Positions 7,816 through 17,459 of a DNA stretch of 64,000 nt are shown here, piece by piece. The notes under the pieces were generated by a model, which worked only from the letters and a program-made list of their open reading frames with translations, was not told the DNA's origin and did not search any database. Numbering within the stretch: position 1 is the stretch's first letter; every line of letters starts with the position of its first letter. This stretch comes from Minisyncoccota bacterium (GTDB lineage: Bacteria; Patescibacteriota; Minisyncoccia; UBA6257; XYB1-36-10). The DNA is taken from NCBI GenBank assembly GCA_041651415.1, contig JBAZJH010000001.1, positions 151,713 to 215,712 of the forward strand, in the 5' to 3' direction. The translations under genes and the position numbers were made by a program.

Positions 7816-9462
7816 ATGAAAGAAGAAATAAAAATTAAAAAGTTGGTGGCATTATACGCTCGTGTTTCTACCGAACGGCAGGAGGTGCAAAAAACAATTA
7901 AAACACAACTTTTAGCAATTAAGGATTTTGCTGAAAAGCAGGGTTACGCCATAGTTGAAAGATATATTGATAATGGTTGGAGTGGAGGTATTTTTGAGAG
8001 ACCGGAATTAGATAGGTTACGTCAGGATGCTCAAAGTAAAAAACGAGCATGGGAAGCGGTGATAATATACGACCCAGACCGTTTATCACGCATATATTCT
8101 CACCAGGCATTTTTGACTGAAGAGTTGCAGAAAAAAGTGGAGATTATTTTCATTACTATTTCTACACCTAAAAACGATGAGGATAAGATTTTGTATGGAG
8201 TAAGAGGATTATTCGCGGAATATGAGAGGATGAAAATAAAGGAGCGTTTTCGTTTAGGAAAGTTAAGAAAGGTAAAAGAGGGTCATATACTGACAACGGA
8301 AGCGCCTTTTGGTTATAATTATATAAAAAGGAATGAGAATGTGCATGGTTATTATAAAATTAACGAAAATGAAGCAAGAATTATTAGAGATGTTTTTCAT
8401 TGGGTAGCTGACGAAAAATTAACTCTCCGGGCAGTGGTAAGGAGATTAAAGGAAATGAATATAAAACCTCGCAAGAGTAAGAGGGGGGTATGGAATACAA
8501 CCACGCTTGGAACAATTTTAAGGAATAAAACTTATATTGGCGAAGCTCATTACGGAAAGTCGTATGCGGTAGAGCCGGAAAAGCCGTTAAAGCAGGAAAA
8601 ATATCGCAAGATTAGAAAAACAAGCAGAAAAATCAGACCGGAAGAAGAGTGGATAAAAATACCAGTGCCGGCAATAATTGATAGCTATTTATTTGAAAGA
8701 GTGGAAAGACAACTAAAAAATAATTATGAGCAATCAAAGAGAAATAGAAAAAATGATTATCTTTTAGCCGGAAAGATTTGGTGTTCGTGTGGGTGTAGGC
8801 GAGTGGGTGAGGGCGCTCAAAAAGGAAAACATTTGTATTATCGTTGCTCTGCAAGAAATCTTAATTTTCCCTTACCTGTGGAATGTAAAGAAAGAGGTAT
8901 TAACGCTAAAGTGGTTGATAGTAAGTTATGGGAACGAATGGTGAGGTTTATGAGTTCGCCTGAACTTCTACAAGAACAAGTAAACAGGTGGGGAAAAAGC
9001 AGAAAAAATAGGGTAAATGAGAGCGTAAAAGATAAAGAGATTGTTAAAAAGGAGGTTCTTAAACTTAAAGAAGAAAGAGAGCGTTATACGAAGGCCTACG
9101 GCGCGGGAGTGCTTACTTTAGAGCAACTGAAATGGAATAGTGATGAGATAGGGCAAAAGATTACTTCTTTAGAAAAAGAAATTACTGCATACGAGACGCA
9201 AGAAGGACAAACTGAAAAATTATCATTTCCAACAAAAGAAGAAATTGAAGTTTTTGCTAATAAAGCCAAAAACACTCTTAATAACTTGAACTTTGAAGAG
9301 AAAAGCCGCATAGTTAAGGACGCTATAGATAAAATAGTCGGTTATAAAGAAAAACTAAAAGTCATAGGAAAACTTCCTATCACTACATTAAATTATGTCG
9401 GGTTACAAACTATCAATGGGAATAGTGGGGTTGCCGAATGTGGGAAAGTCTACGCTTTTTAA
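7816..9462 (+). CDS. Large serine recombinase (integrase)
   Basis: YARVSTERQ catalytic Ser motif, DRLSR, PFGY, recombinase domain, CSCG...YYRC zinc ribbon, coiled coil. Confidence 0.95.
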   Translation: MKEEIKIKKLVALYARVSTERQEVQKTIKTQLLAIKDFAEKQGYAIVERYIDNGWSGGIFERPELDRLRQDAQSKKRAWEAVIIYDPDRLSRIYSHQAFLTEELQKKVEIIFITISTPKNDEDKILYGVRGLFAEYERMKIKERFRLGKLRKVKEGHILTTEAPFGYNYIKRNENVHGYYKINENEARIIRDVFHWVADEKLTLRAVVRRLKEMNIKPRKSKRGVWNTTTLGTILRNKTYIGEAHYGKSYAVEPEKPLKQEKYRKIRKTSRKIRPEEEWIKIPVPAIIDSYLFERVERQLKNNYEQSKRNRKNDYLLAGKIWCSCGCRRVGEGAQKGKHLYYRCSARNLNFPLPVECKERGINAKVVDSKLWERMVRFMSSPELLQEQVNRWGKSRKNRVNESVKDKEIVKKEVLKLKEERERYTKAYGAGVLTLEQLKWNSDEIGQKITSLEKEITAYETQEGQTEKLSFPTKEEIEVFANKAKNTLNNLNFEEKSRIVKDAIDKIVGYKEKLKVIGKLPITTLNYVGLQTINGNSGVAECGKVYAF

Positions 9463-10408
9463 GATTTTAACGAAACAAGATATTAATATCGCCAATTATC
9501 CGTTTGCGACTATAGACCCGAATGTGGGAGTTGTGGCAGTGCCGGATGAAAGATTGGAAAAATTAAATGAGCTGTCAAAAAGCGTTAAAAAAATTCCGGC
9601 AGTCGTGGAATTTTATGATATCGCGGGGCTTGTTAGGGGAGCAGGGAAAGGAGAGGGACTGGGAAATCAGTTTTTAGCGAATATCAGAGAGACAAACGCC
9701 ATAGTTCAGGTAGTCCGTGTTTTTCAAGGCGGGGAAATAATTCATGTGGAAGAAAGCGTCAATCCGGAAAGAGATATTGATATTATAAATTTGGAATTGA
9801 TATTTAAGGACTTGGAAACAGTGGAAAAAAGAATCGGGAGTTTGGAAAAAGAAGCGAGAGGAGACAAAAAGAAAGAAAAATCTTTGGCAATTATGAAAAA
9901 ACTGAAAGAAGAGCTTTTGGCCGATAAGCTGGCTAATTCGCTTTCGGAAGAAATAAAAGAAGAGCCGGCAGTCAAAGAATTAAATTTATTGACTTTAAAA
10001 CCGCAGATTTATTTATTGAACGGAAAAGAAGAAGACGTGGCGGAAAATTTAAAAGAAAAAATAAGGAAACTCGGAGCGGATTTTTTGATTTTTGATTTAG
10101 CGGAAGCGGAAGATGTAAACGAGCTGATAAAAAAATCGTATGAGGTTTTAGGATTAATCAGTTTCTTTACGACTGGAGTTGATGAAACGCGGGCTTGGAC
10201 AATAAGGAGGGGAGTGAAAGCACCGGAAGCGGCGGGAACTATCCATACGGATTTTGAAAAGAAATTTATCAGGGCGGAAGTGATAAATTGGCAGGAGCTT
10301 TTAAATATTGGCGGCTGGTCAGGCGCCAAACAAAAAGGCAAGCTTCGTTTGGAGGGGAAAGAGTATGTTTTTCAAGACGGGGATGTGACGGAAATCAGAC
10401 ATGGATAA
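9395..10408 (+). CDS. ychF: Redox-regulated ATPase YchF
   Basis: GIVGLPNVGKST, NYPFATIDPN, DIAGLV, GEGLGNQFL, TGS-type C-terminus. Confidence 0.97.
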   Translation: MSGYKLSMGIVGLPNVGKSTLFKILTKQDINIANYPFATIDPNVGVVAVPDERLEKLNELSKSVKKIPAVVEFYDIAGLVRGAGKGEGLGNQFLANIRETNAIVQVVRVFQGGEIIHVEESVNPERDIDIINLELIFKDLETVEKRIGSLEKEARGDKKKEKSLAIMKKLKEELLADKLANSLSEEIKEEPAVKELNLLTLKPQIYLLNGKEEDVAENLKEKIRKLGADFLIFDLAEAEDVNELIKKSYEVLGLISFFTTGVDETRAWTIRRGVKAPEAAGTIHTDFEKKFIRAEVINWQELLNIGGWSGAKQKGKLRLEGKEYVFQDGDVTEIRHG

Positions 10409-10496
10409 TTTTATTGAAAATATTTGCTAAAAACGAATATGCAGAATAACTGAAATCTTCTGATGTTTCTTGTTGTCCAACTAGACACTAGCTATC

Positions 10497-11984
10497 CTAA
10501 ATTTTAAAAACATATTTGGCATCCTGCGGGATGCTTTTTTCTTTTTCCAGCAGAATATAAAAAATGTTTTTTTCTTTCTGCTTTTCCGGCGTGAAAGTGT
10601 CTGTGATAAACATTATCGTTTGTGAAGGCATAGGAATGCCTCTTACGAGAACGCCGTTATTTTCAACAATGACATATTTTTTTTCTTTTTGCGGGAGAGA
10701 GTTTATTATATTTCCGATTTCTGCGTAATCTGAAGAGAAAGCATCTTTGGTGTTTTTGTTATTAGCCCATTCGAAAAAATATCTTTGATAAGAATTTAAA
10801 ATAAGAAGAAGAAAGAAAACAAAAGCGAGAAAGAAGGATATTTTTCTAAAGACGGGAGAAAATTCTTTAAGTTTGCGAAAGATAAATTCGCCTCCGATAG
10901 CGGAAAAAATAAAAACAGACGGCGCCATAAGAATGGCGCGAAGAGCGTGCGGCAGGCCTTCGCTTGAGACAATAACCGGCAAGGAAGCGAGAATAAACCA
11001 AGAAAAAATAATAGAGAAGGGAAATCGGCTTTGGACTCCCGATTTATTAAACGGCGGGCAAGAAGCAATAAAATGGAAAATAGAAATGAACAGTCCGATT
11101 AGAAAAAGAATGCCGATTGGCCAGTAAAGGAGCGGAGAGCCGGAAAAATTGTGGCGCCAATTAAAATCGCCGACAAAGTTAAACATACCGAAAGTTTTCA
11201 ACACATTTTCTGTTAATAATTTTGTCGGAGAAGCGGAGGTGAAAATGGAAACTTGAGAAGTTCTTCCTAAAAAATCCTGCGGGTTGTTCAAAAAATAAAT
11301 TCCGAGCGGCGCGGCGAGAAGAATCGTGAAAAAAATAAAAACCAAAGTGAATTTCCAAAACTGCCGATTTTTATAAAAGAAAGGAATAAAAAGAAGAAAA
11401 AGAAGGGGAAGAACGCGATAGGCGATATAAGAATAAAATCCCAGACCGAAAAAGATGCCTCCTAAAGCAGAGAGAAAATAAGCTTTCCTTCTGGCGTTTT
11501 CCGGAAGCTGAACCGCTTTTAAGAAAAAATAAAGGGCAAAAACGGCAAAAAAAGGAGCTATGATGGCTCGAAAGCCGATACGGGAAAAATTGATATGCCA
11601 GAAACTTATCGCCATAAAAAAAGAAGAAAGAAGAGCGATGGTTTCCTTCTCATGCCTGTTTTTTTTTATGAGAAGTTCTTTAACGAGAAGATAAAGCCCG
11701 AGAACGGTTAAGATTCCAAAAATGGCGGAAGGCAGGCGGAGAGTTTCTGCGGTATTTGGAAGAAGCTTAAGAAATCCAGCTTGAATATTGATGAATAATC
11801 CTTCGCGGCCGTTATTTTCGGGATAAAAGATTTTATAATCGCCTGTGGCGTTAGCTTCTAGGGCATTATTGCCGTTCATAGCTTCATCGGGATAAAGCCC
11901 GGGAGGAGTTTCGGAAAGATTATAGAGGCGGAAAAAGGAAGCGACAATAATTATTAAAAAAAGAAGGAAGTATCTATTTTTCAT
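10497..11984 (-). CDS. ArnT/PMT-family (GT39/GT83-like) membrane glycosyltransferase
   Basis: PPGLYPDEA motif, LRLPSA, WHINFSR, many TM helices. Confidence 0.85.
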   Translation of the reverse strand: MKNRYFLLFLIIIVASFFRLYNLSETPPGLYPDEAMNGNNALEANATGDYKIFYPENNGREGLFINIQAGFLKLLPNTAETLRLPSAIFGILTVLGLYLLVKELLIKKNRHEKETIALLSSFFMAISFWHINFSRIGFRAIIAPFFAVFALYFFLKAVQLPENARRKAYFLSALGGIFFGLGFYSYIAYRVLPLLFLLFIPFFYKNRQFWKFTLVFIFFTILLAAPLGIYFLNNPQDFLGRTSQVSIFTSASPTKLLTENVLKTFGMFNFVGDFNWRHNFSGSPLLYWPIGILFLIGLFISIFHFIASCPPFNKSGVQSRFPFSIIFSWFILASLPVIVSSEGLPHALRAILMAPSVFIFSAIGGEFIFRKLKEFSPVFRKISFFLAFVFFLLLILNSYQRYFFEWANNKNTKDAFSSDYAEIGNIINSLPQKEKKYVIVENNGVLVRGIPMPSQTIMFITDTFTPEKQKEKNIFYILLEKEKSIPQDAKYVFKI

Positions 11985-12017
11985 ATATCTAGATTATATC
12001 ATTTTTTCTTTTTCTTA

Positions 12018-12055
12018 TTCTTATTCTAATGTTCTGCAGAATATTAGAATAAGAA
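12018..12055. repeat. 38-bp near-perfect palindrome (REP-like)
   Basis: TTCTTATTCTAATGTTCTG|CAGAATATTAGAATAAGAA, one mismatch, no loop. Confidence 0.8.
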
Positions 12056-12097
12056 ATTGGCGGTAAAAATATTTCCTGTGCTATAATTTATTTCGTT

Positions 12098-13198
12098 ATG
12101 AATATCAGATATTTATCGAAAGCGAATAAAAAATATTTATCGGGAACGGCGATTGTTCGACTTGATTTGAACGATGACGGATACAGAATGGAAAGAGCTA
12201 TCCCGACTTTAAAATACATTTTAAAATTTGCGAATAAGCTGGTTATTTTATCGCACAAAGGCAGACCGGAGCCGTCTCTGACTTTAAGAGATAATAAAAA
12301 ATATTCGTTGGAACCGGAGGCGGAAAAGCTTTCCAAATTATTGGATAAGAAAATCGATTTTATCGGGCACATAAGATTATCAGAAGCGGGAAACGAAATC
12401 AGGAACGCGAAAAGCGGTTCGATTTTTATGCTGGAAAACACCAGATTTTTAGAGGGAGAAAAAGAAGACGAGAGAGAACTAGCAGAACATTTTGCTTCTT
12501 TGGGGAATTATTTTGTGAATGAAGCTTTCGCTTCTTCACACCGCAAGAACGCTTCCGTAACCGGCATAACGAAATTTTTGCCGTCTTACGCCGGATTTGA
12601 TTTTGAAGACGAGGTGGAAAATCTTTTCAGAATAATGAAAAAAACGAAAAGGCCATTTATTGCCATATTCGGAGGAGCAAAAATTTCCGATAAATTAATC
12701 ACTATGCTAAGTTTCAGGAAAAAAGCGGATTGTATGTTAATCGGCGGAGCGCTTGCCAATACTATTCTTTATCTAAGAGGGGAAAAAGTGGGAAAGTCGC
12801 TTATAGAAAAAGAAATGGACGGAGCAATGCTTAAAATCGCCGGAATGAAAAATTTGGTAATGCCGAAAGACTTCAGAAAAAAAGGAACGGCAATTCTTGA
12901 TATCGGGCCGAAAACGGAAAAAGAATATGCGGCCATTATTAAAAAAGCGAAAACCATAGTTTGGAACGGCCCGATGGGAGCCTTTGAAATGAAAGGATTT
13001 GAAAATGGAACAAAAAGGGTTATAAAGGAAATAGCGAATTCCAGAGCGTTTTCAGTAGTCGGCGGAAGCGAGACGCTTGTTTTAATCAGAAAGATGAAAT
13101 TGGAAAAAAAGTTCGGGTTTATTTCAACCGGCGGAGGAGCGATGCTGGAATTTTTAGGCGGGAAGAAACTGCCCGGAGTGGAAGCGTTAAAAAAATAA
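12098..13198 (+). CDS. pgk: Phosphoglycerate kinase
   Basis: RLDLN, SHKGRP, LENTRF, GGAKISDK, WNGPMG, STGGGA motifs. Confidence 0.95.
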   Translation: MNIRYLSKANKKYLSGTAIVRLDLNDDGYRMERAIPTLKYILKFANKLVILSHKGRPEPSLTLRDNKKYSLEPEAEKLSKLLDKKIDFIGHIRLSEAGNEIRNAKSGSIFMLENTRFLEGEKEDERELAEHFASLGNYFVNEAFASSHRKNASVTGITKFLPSYAGFDFEDEVENLFRIMKKTKRPFIAIFGGAKISDKLITMLSFRKKADCMLIGGALANTILYLRGEKVGKSLIEKEMDGAMLKIAGMKNLVMPKDFRKKGTAILDIGPKTEKEYAAIIKKAKTIVWNGPMGAFEMKGFENGTKRVIKEIANSRAFSVVGGSETLVLIRKMKLEKKFGFISTGGGAMLEFLGGKKLPGVEALKK

Positions 13199-13241
13199 AT
13201 ACGTATCAGAGGCCGTGCGATAAAGATAGGATAAAAAAGTT

Positions 13242-13889
13242 ATGGAAGATAAAAAATTAATCTCAAACATTTTAGCGTTACATAAAAAAACATATAATGA
13301 ACTTGCAAAAGAGTATGAGAGTAGAGCTGAAAGTTTGTTTGATGTTACCAGAAACGCAATGGATAACTTTTCTTTTTTTATTAAGTCGAAAGGATTGATT
13401 TTGGATGTCGGATGCGGAGTTGGTGTTGCTATGAATATCCTTGCGAAGAAAGGTTTTAAATTAATCGGACTAGATTTATCACAAAAAATGATTGATTTTG
13501 CCAAGAAAAGAAATCCTGGAATAAAGATAATTAAAGGAGATTTTTTAAAAACGGAATTTGATGAAAAATTTGACGCAATTTTAACTTTTGCTTTCATTCA
13601 TTTATTTCCTAAATCGGAAGTTCCAAAGATATTTGATAAGATAAAATCAATTTTAAAACCTGGCGGAGTTGCATTAATCAGCTCAACGGAAAAATTTGAA
13701 AGTAAAGAAGGCATATCCATTAAAGAAGGCTATAATATAAAACTCAAGCGTTTCAGAAAATCCTGGACAGAGCAGGAACTTAGAGAGTCGATATCACAAT
13801 CAGGTTTTAGAGAGCTGGCTTTTAAAAAATATTCTGATCCTTTTAATAAAATATGGATGGATTTTATAGTACAATTTAAAATAAAATAA
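13242..13889 (+). CDS. Class I SAM-dependent methyltransferase
   Basis: ILDVGCGVG, GLDLSQKM, LKPGG motifs. Confidence 0.9.
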   Translation: MEDKKLISNILALHKKTYNELAKEYESRAESLFDVTRNAMDNFSFFIKSKGLILDVGCGVGVAMNILAKKGFKLIGLDLSQKMIDFAKKRNPGIKIIKGDFLKTEFDEKFDAILTFAFIHLFPKSEVPKIFDKIKSILKPGGVALISSTEKFESKEGISIKEGYNIKLKRFRKSWTEQELRESISQSGFRELAFKKYSDPFNKIWMDFIVQFKIK

Positions 13890-13892
13890 AAA

Positions 13893-14750
13893 ATGACGGA
13901 CAAAAATAAAAAAATAGCGGTGATTTATCATCGGGATTGCGAAGACGGTTTCAGCGCCGCCTGGGTAGCATGGAAAAAATTCGGCAATAAAGCGGATTAT
14001 TTCCCGATGTTTTACCAAAGCGGATGGCCAAAAGGGTTAAAGAAAAAAGAAATTTATATGGTGGATTTTTCTTATCTGCCGGAAGAGTTAAAAGAAATAA
14101 AAAAGAATAATGAAAAAGTGATTGTGATTGACCATCATAAAACAGCGGAAGAATCTTTTAAAAAAGCCGATGGCGGGCTGTTTGATTTGAAGCATTCTGG
14201 CGCCACACTTGCTTGGAAATATTTTTTTCCGAATAAGAAAGTTCCTTTACTCTTAGAATATGTGGAAGACGGGGACTTGTGGCTTTTTAAGAAAAAAAAT
14301 CCTAAAGAAATGATGGCTTATATTTCCACCCTTAGTTTTGATTTCCGCGTTTTTGATAAAGCGGCTAAAGATTTTGAATCTTCGGAAAAAAGAAAAATCT
14401 TTTTAGAAAAAGGAAAATCAATTTTGAAACATGACCAAAAAATGATTGAAGAAATATTTGAATCGGGAGCCGAAGAGGTGATTTTTGAAGGAAAAAAAAT
14501 ATTTGCCGTTAATTCTCCTGTTTTAGTTTCTGAGCTCGGTCATTTCCTTCGCAAAAAAAAGCCGCCGATGGCGATTATTTGGCATAAAAAGAATGACGGG
14601 AGAATAAAAGTTTCCTTGCGTTCCGACGGAAAAGTTGATGTCGGAGAAATTGCCCAAAAAATGGCGAAAGGCGGTGGCGGTCATAAAGCCGCGGCCGGTT
14701 TTGTTTTGGAAAAAGGAACGTCTCTTCCTTGGAAATCAATCAATTCTTAA
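13893..14750 (+). CDS. DHH/DHHA1 phosphoesterase (nanoRNase-like)
   Basis: YHRDCEDG, VDFS, IDHH, SLRS, GGGH..AAG motifs. Confidence 0.9.
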   Translation: MTDKNKKIAVIYHRDCEDGFSAAWVAWKKFGNKADYFPMFYQSGWPKGLKKKEIYMVDFSYLPEELKEIKKNNEKVIVIDHHKTAEESFKKADGGLFDLKHSGATLAWKYFFPNKKVPLLLEYVEDGDLWLFKKKNPKEMMAYISTLSFDFRVFDKAAKDFESSEKRKIFLEKGKSILKHDQKMIEEIFESGAEEVIFEGKKIFAVNSPVLVSELGHFLRKKKPPMAIIWHKKNDGRIKVSLRSDGKVDVGEIAQKMAKGGGGHKAAAGFVLEKGTSLPWKSINS

Positions 14751-14756
14751 ATTAAA

Positions 14757-15191
14757 ATGGAAAACAAACTTTTTAAAAGCTCCAACAAGCTTGTTATTTA
14801 TACTGACGGAGGCGCGCGAGGAAATCCGGGGCCGGCGGCAATCGGCGCGGTAGTCGGAGAAAAAAAATATGCGGAATATATCGGAAAAGCCACTAATAAT
14901 GTGGCGGAATATAAAGCGGTTATTTTTGCTTTAAAAAAAGCGAAACATCTTCTCGGCGGAAAAGCGGCTTCTTCGGAAATTGAGATAAGGATGGATAGCG
15001 AGCTTGTGGCAAGACAGCTTTCCGGAATTTATCGCATTAAAGAAAATGATTTAAAAATTCTTTTTGCCGACGTCCATAATTTGGAATTTGATTTTAAAGA
15101 AGTTTCTTTTATTCATATTCCACGCGAAAAAAACAAAGAAGCGGATAAACTAGTAAATGAAGAGCTGGATAAACAAAAAACTTCGTTTTAA
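14757..15191 (+). CDS. rnhA: Ribonuclease HI family protein
   Basis: YTDGGARGNPGPAA, TNNVAEY, DSELV, HIPREKNKEAD. Confidence 0.9.
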   Translation: MENKLFKSSNKLVIYTDGGARGNPGPAAIGAVVGEKKYAEYIGKATNNVAEYKAVIFALKKAKHLLGGKAASSEIEIRMDSELVARQLSGIYRIKENDLKILFADVHNLEFDFKEVSFIHIPREKNKEADKLVNEELDKQKTSF

Positions 15192-15214
15192 GACGAAGTT
15201 TTTTGATATTTATT

Positions 15215-15580
15215 AGCCAGTTATCATTAAGCCGGATTCTGTTTCGCCCGGAGGCGAAAGCAGCAATTTATCTGCTCTGGTCTTTGCAGACCGGAGTCAA
15301 GCGGCACAAACCAACATAAAATGTTGGAATACGGCCTTGCACCAGACAGGGCTTGCCAAACCGATATTTCGCAATATCGGCCCGTGAGCTCTTACCTCGC
15401 GATTTCAACCTTACTCCGACCTAAGTCGGAGCGGTGTATTTTCTGTTGTGCTTTCCGTGGAATCGCTTCCCGTCGCCGTTAGCGACTGTCTAGAACCGCT
15501 TCGCCAAATGGCGGATAGCGATTAGTGTCCGGACTTTCCTCTCCGACCTTAAGTCGGAGTAGCTGCTTTTCAAACTAGCT
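15215..15580 (-). ncRNA. rnpB: RNase P RNA
   Basis: Minus strand contains GAGGAAAGTCCGG near 5' end and ACAGAATCCGGCTTA near 3' end; ends complementary; TGtTATAAT upstream. Confidence 0.95.
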
Positions 15581-15770
15581 TTTTATATTATAACACATTA
15601 TTTAACAAAATCAATAGTAAAAAAAACACACCCCTCTAACAAACCACCGAAGAGAGACTTCATTTCTTAATTAGTTAGTCATTAAAAATTATTAATTCCT
15701 TATTTTATTATAAAGTTATCCCCAGAAAAGTGTTTGGCGGGAGGGAGAGGTGGTGTATAATGAAATGAAA

Positions 15771-15790
15771 GTGGGGAAAGGTGGGGAAAG
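15771..15790 (+). promoter_or_regulatory. MraZ-binding direct repeats
   Basis: GTGGGGAAAG x2 (10-nt period TGGG repeats) just downstream of TATAAT and upstream of mraZ. Confidence 0.8.
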
Positions 15791-15841
15791 AAAAAATTAA
15801 TAACGCAGTCCTTCGATTTTACTCAGAAAATAATTTAAGAA

Positions 15842-16273
15842 ATGTTTTTAGGAGAATATCAACACAATTTGGATTTGAAAGGCAGAGTGGCGATGCCGGC
15901 AAAATTCCGAACAGGATTAAAGAAGGGAGCAATTATGACAAGAGGAATAGACGAATGTTTGTTTGTTTTCAATAAAGACGAATGGCAGAAACTGGCGGAC
16001 AAATTGATGGCGCTACCAATAACACAGGCAAATTCAAGAGCGTTCGTGCGATTGATGCTGGCGGGAGCGGCGGAAGCGCCAATTGACGGACAAGGAAGAG
16101 TGCTCGTGCCGGATTACTTAAGAGCATACGCAAGATTAGACAAAGAAGCGGTGATAATCGGATTATATTCGCGGGTGGAAATCTGGGACAAGAGAGTTTG
16201 GAATAAATATAAATATCGAACTGAAAAACAGTCGGAAAGAATAGCGGAACAATTGCGGGAGCTTGGAATTTAA
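15842..16273 (+). CDS. mraZ: Division/cell-wall cluster repressor MraZ
   Basis: MFLGEYQHNLDLKGR, DGQGRVLVP, RVEIW; precedes rsmH. Confidence 0.97.
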   Translation: MFLGEYQHNLDLKGRVAMPAKFRTGLKKGAIMTRGIDECLFVFNKDEWQKLADKLMALPITQANSRAFVRLMLAGAAEAPIDGQGRVLVPDYLRAYARLDKEAVIIGLYSRVEIWDKRVWNKYKYRTEKQSERIAEQLRELGI

Positions 16274-16276
16274 GAG

Positions 16277-17146
16277 ATGAGCCACATTCCGGTACTTTTA
16301 AAAGAAGTTTTAGAGAATCTTAAGCCAGAGGCGGGAGAATTTTTTATTGACTGCACTTTGGGAGACGGCGGACACGCAAAAGAGATTTTAGAAAAAATAG
16401 GCGAGAAAGGAAAGATGCTTCTCTTAGATTGGGATAAAGAAAATATTTCAAGATTTAAAAAAGAAAGAATAAAGAATGCTGTTTTGCAAGAAGGAAATTA
16501 TGCGGAAGCGGAAAAGTTTTTAGGAAAAGAAAAAGCGGACGGGCTCTTAGCGGACTTGGGATTTTCTTCGAGGCAACTCAAAGAATCGGGCCGAGGATTC
16601 AGTTTTAATCGGGACGGCGAGGAGCCGCTTCTCATGACTTATAGCGACGAATCGGAGCCGGTAGTGGAAATTTTAAGAAGATTGACGGAAGAAGAGCTGG
16701 CGAATGTCATCTATCAATACGGCGGAGAAAGATATTCAAGAAGAATAGCAAAAGCGATAAAAGAGGAGGAAAGAAGAGGGAAAATAGAAACAAACGGGAA
16801 ATTGGCGGAAGTGGTGAGAAGGGCGCTGCTGAGAGGATATGAAAGAGGAAGGATAGACCCGGCGACCAGAACTTTTCAAGCGCTTCGGATTTATGCCAAT
16901 CGGGAACTGGAAAATTTGGAAGAATTGCTAAAGAGTTTGCCGGAAATTATGAAGAGCGGCGGACGGGCGGGAATAATCACTTTTCATTCATTGGAGGACA
17001 AGCTGGTAAAAAATTATTTTAAAAATTATGAAAAAGAGGGAAAGGCAACTCTTTTAAATAAAAAACCAATAAGCGCTTCGCGCGAGGAAATTGAAAAAAA
17101 TCCAAGAAGCAGGTCGGCGAAGCTAAGAATAATTAAATTCAATTAA
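16277..17146 (+). CDS. rsmH: 16S rRNA m4C1402 methyltransferase
   Basis: HIPVLL, DCTLGDGGH, DLGFSS, RGFSF, ATRTFQALRI, NPRSRSAKLR. Confidence 0.97.
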   Translation: MSHIPVLLKEVLENLKPEAGEFFIDCTLGDGGHAKEILEKIGEKGKMLLLDWDKENISRFKKERIKNAVLQEGNYAEAEKFLGKEKADGLLADLGFSSRQLKESGRGFSFNRDGEEPLLMTYSDESEPVVEILRRLTEEELANVIYQYGGERYSRRIAKAIKEEERRGKIETNGKLAEVVRRALLRGYERGRIDPATRTFQALRIYANRELENLEELLKSLPEIMKSGGRAGIITFHSLEDKLVKNYFKNYEKEGKATLLNKKPISASREEIEKNPRSRSAKLRIIKFN

Positions 17147-17152
17147 ATAAAA

Positions 17153-17443
17153 ATGACAATATTCAAACCAAAAAAGAAAACATATCTGAATAAAGCGGTG
17201 TTTGCTTTGGGATGCTTTTTAATGATGTTTCTCGGCGGGTGGCTTTATGTTCAGAATCTGAAAGTGGGAGTGACGCATGATTTGGAAAGCTTGGCGACAA
17301 ACTTCAGAGATTTGAAAGTCGCAAACGCGGAGATAAAGAATGAACTCTTCGGATTTTTCACTCCGGAGGAAGTAGCGGAAGCGGCAGGAGAGAGAGGACT
17401 TGTGAAAGACAATAATCCGGTATTTGTTTACGCGAGAAATTAG
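17153..17443 (+). CDS. FtsL-like cell division protein
   Basis: Single TM + coiled coil, positioned between rsmH and PBP. Confidence 0.65.
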   Translation: MTIFKPKKKTYLNKAVFALGCFLMMFLGGWLYVQNLKVGVTHDLESLATNFRDLKVANAEIKNELFGFFTPEEVAEAAGERGLVKDNNPVFVYARN

Positions 17444-17459
17444 TTATAATAAAAAAGAG

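Larger units (their letters stand above)
1..9420 (+). mobile_element. Integrative element (candidate phage satellite / small prophage-like island) inserted at the 5' end of ychF; left end outside window
   Basis: Large serine recombinase + excisionase + Zn-finger AAA_25 helicase + TerS-like gene + defence genes; recombinase ORF runs into ychF; codon style differs from the GCG/CCG-rich host genes that follow. Confidence 0.85.
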
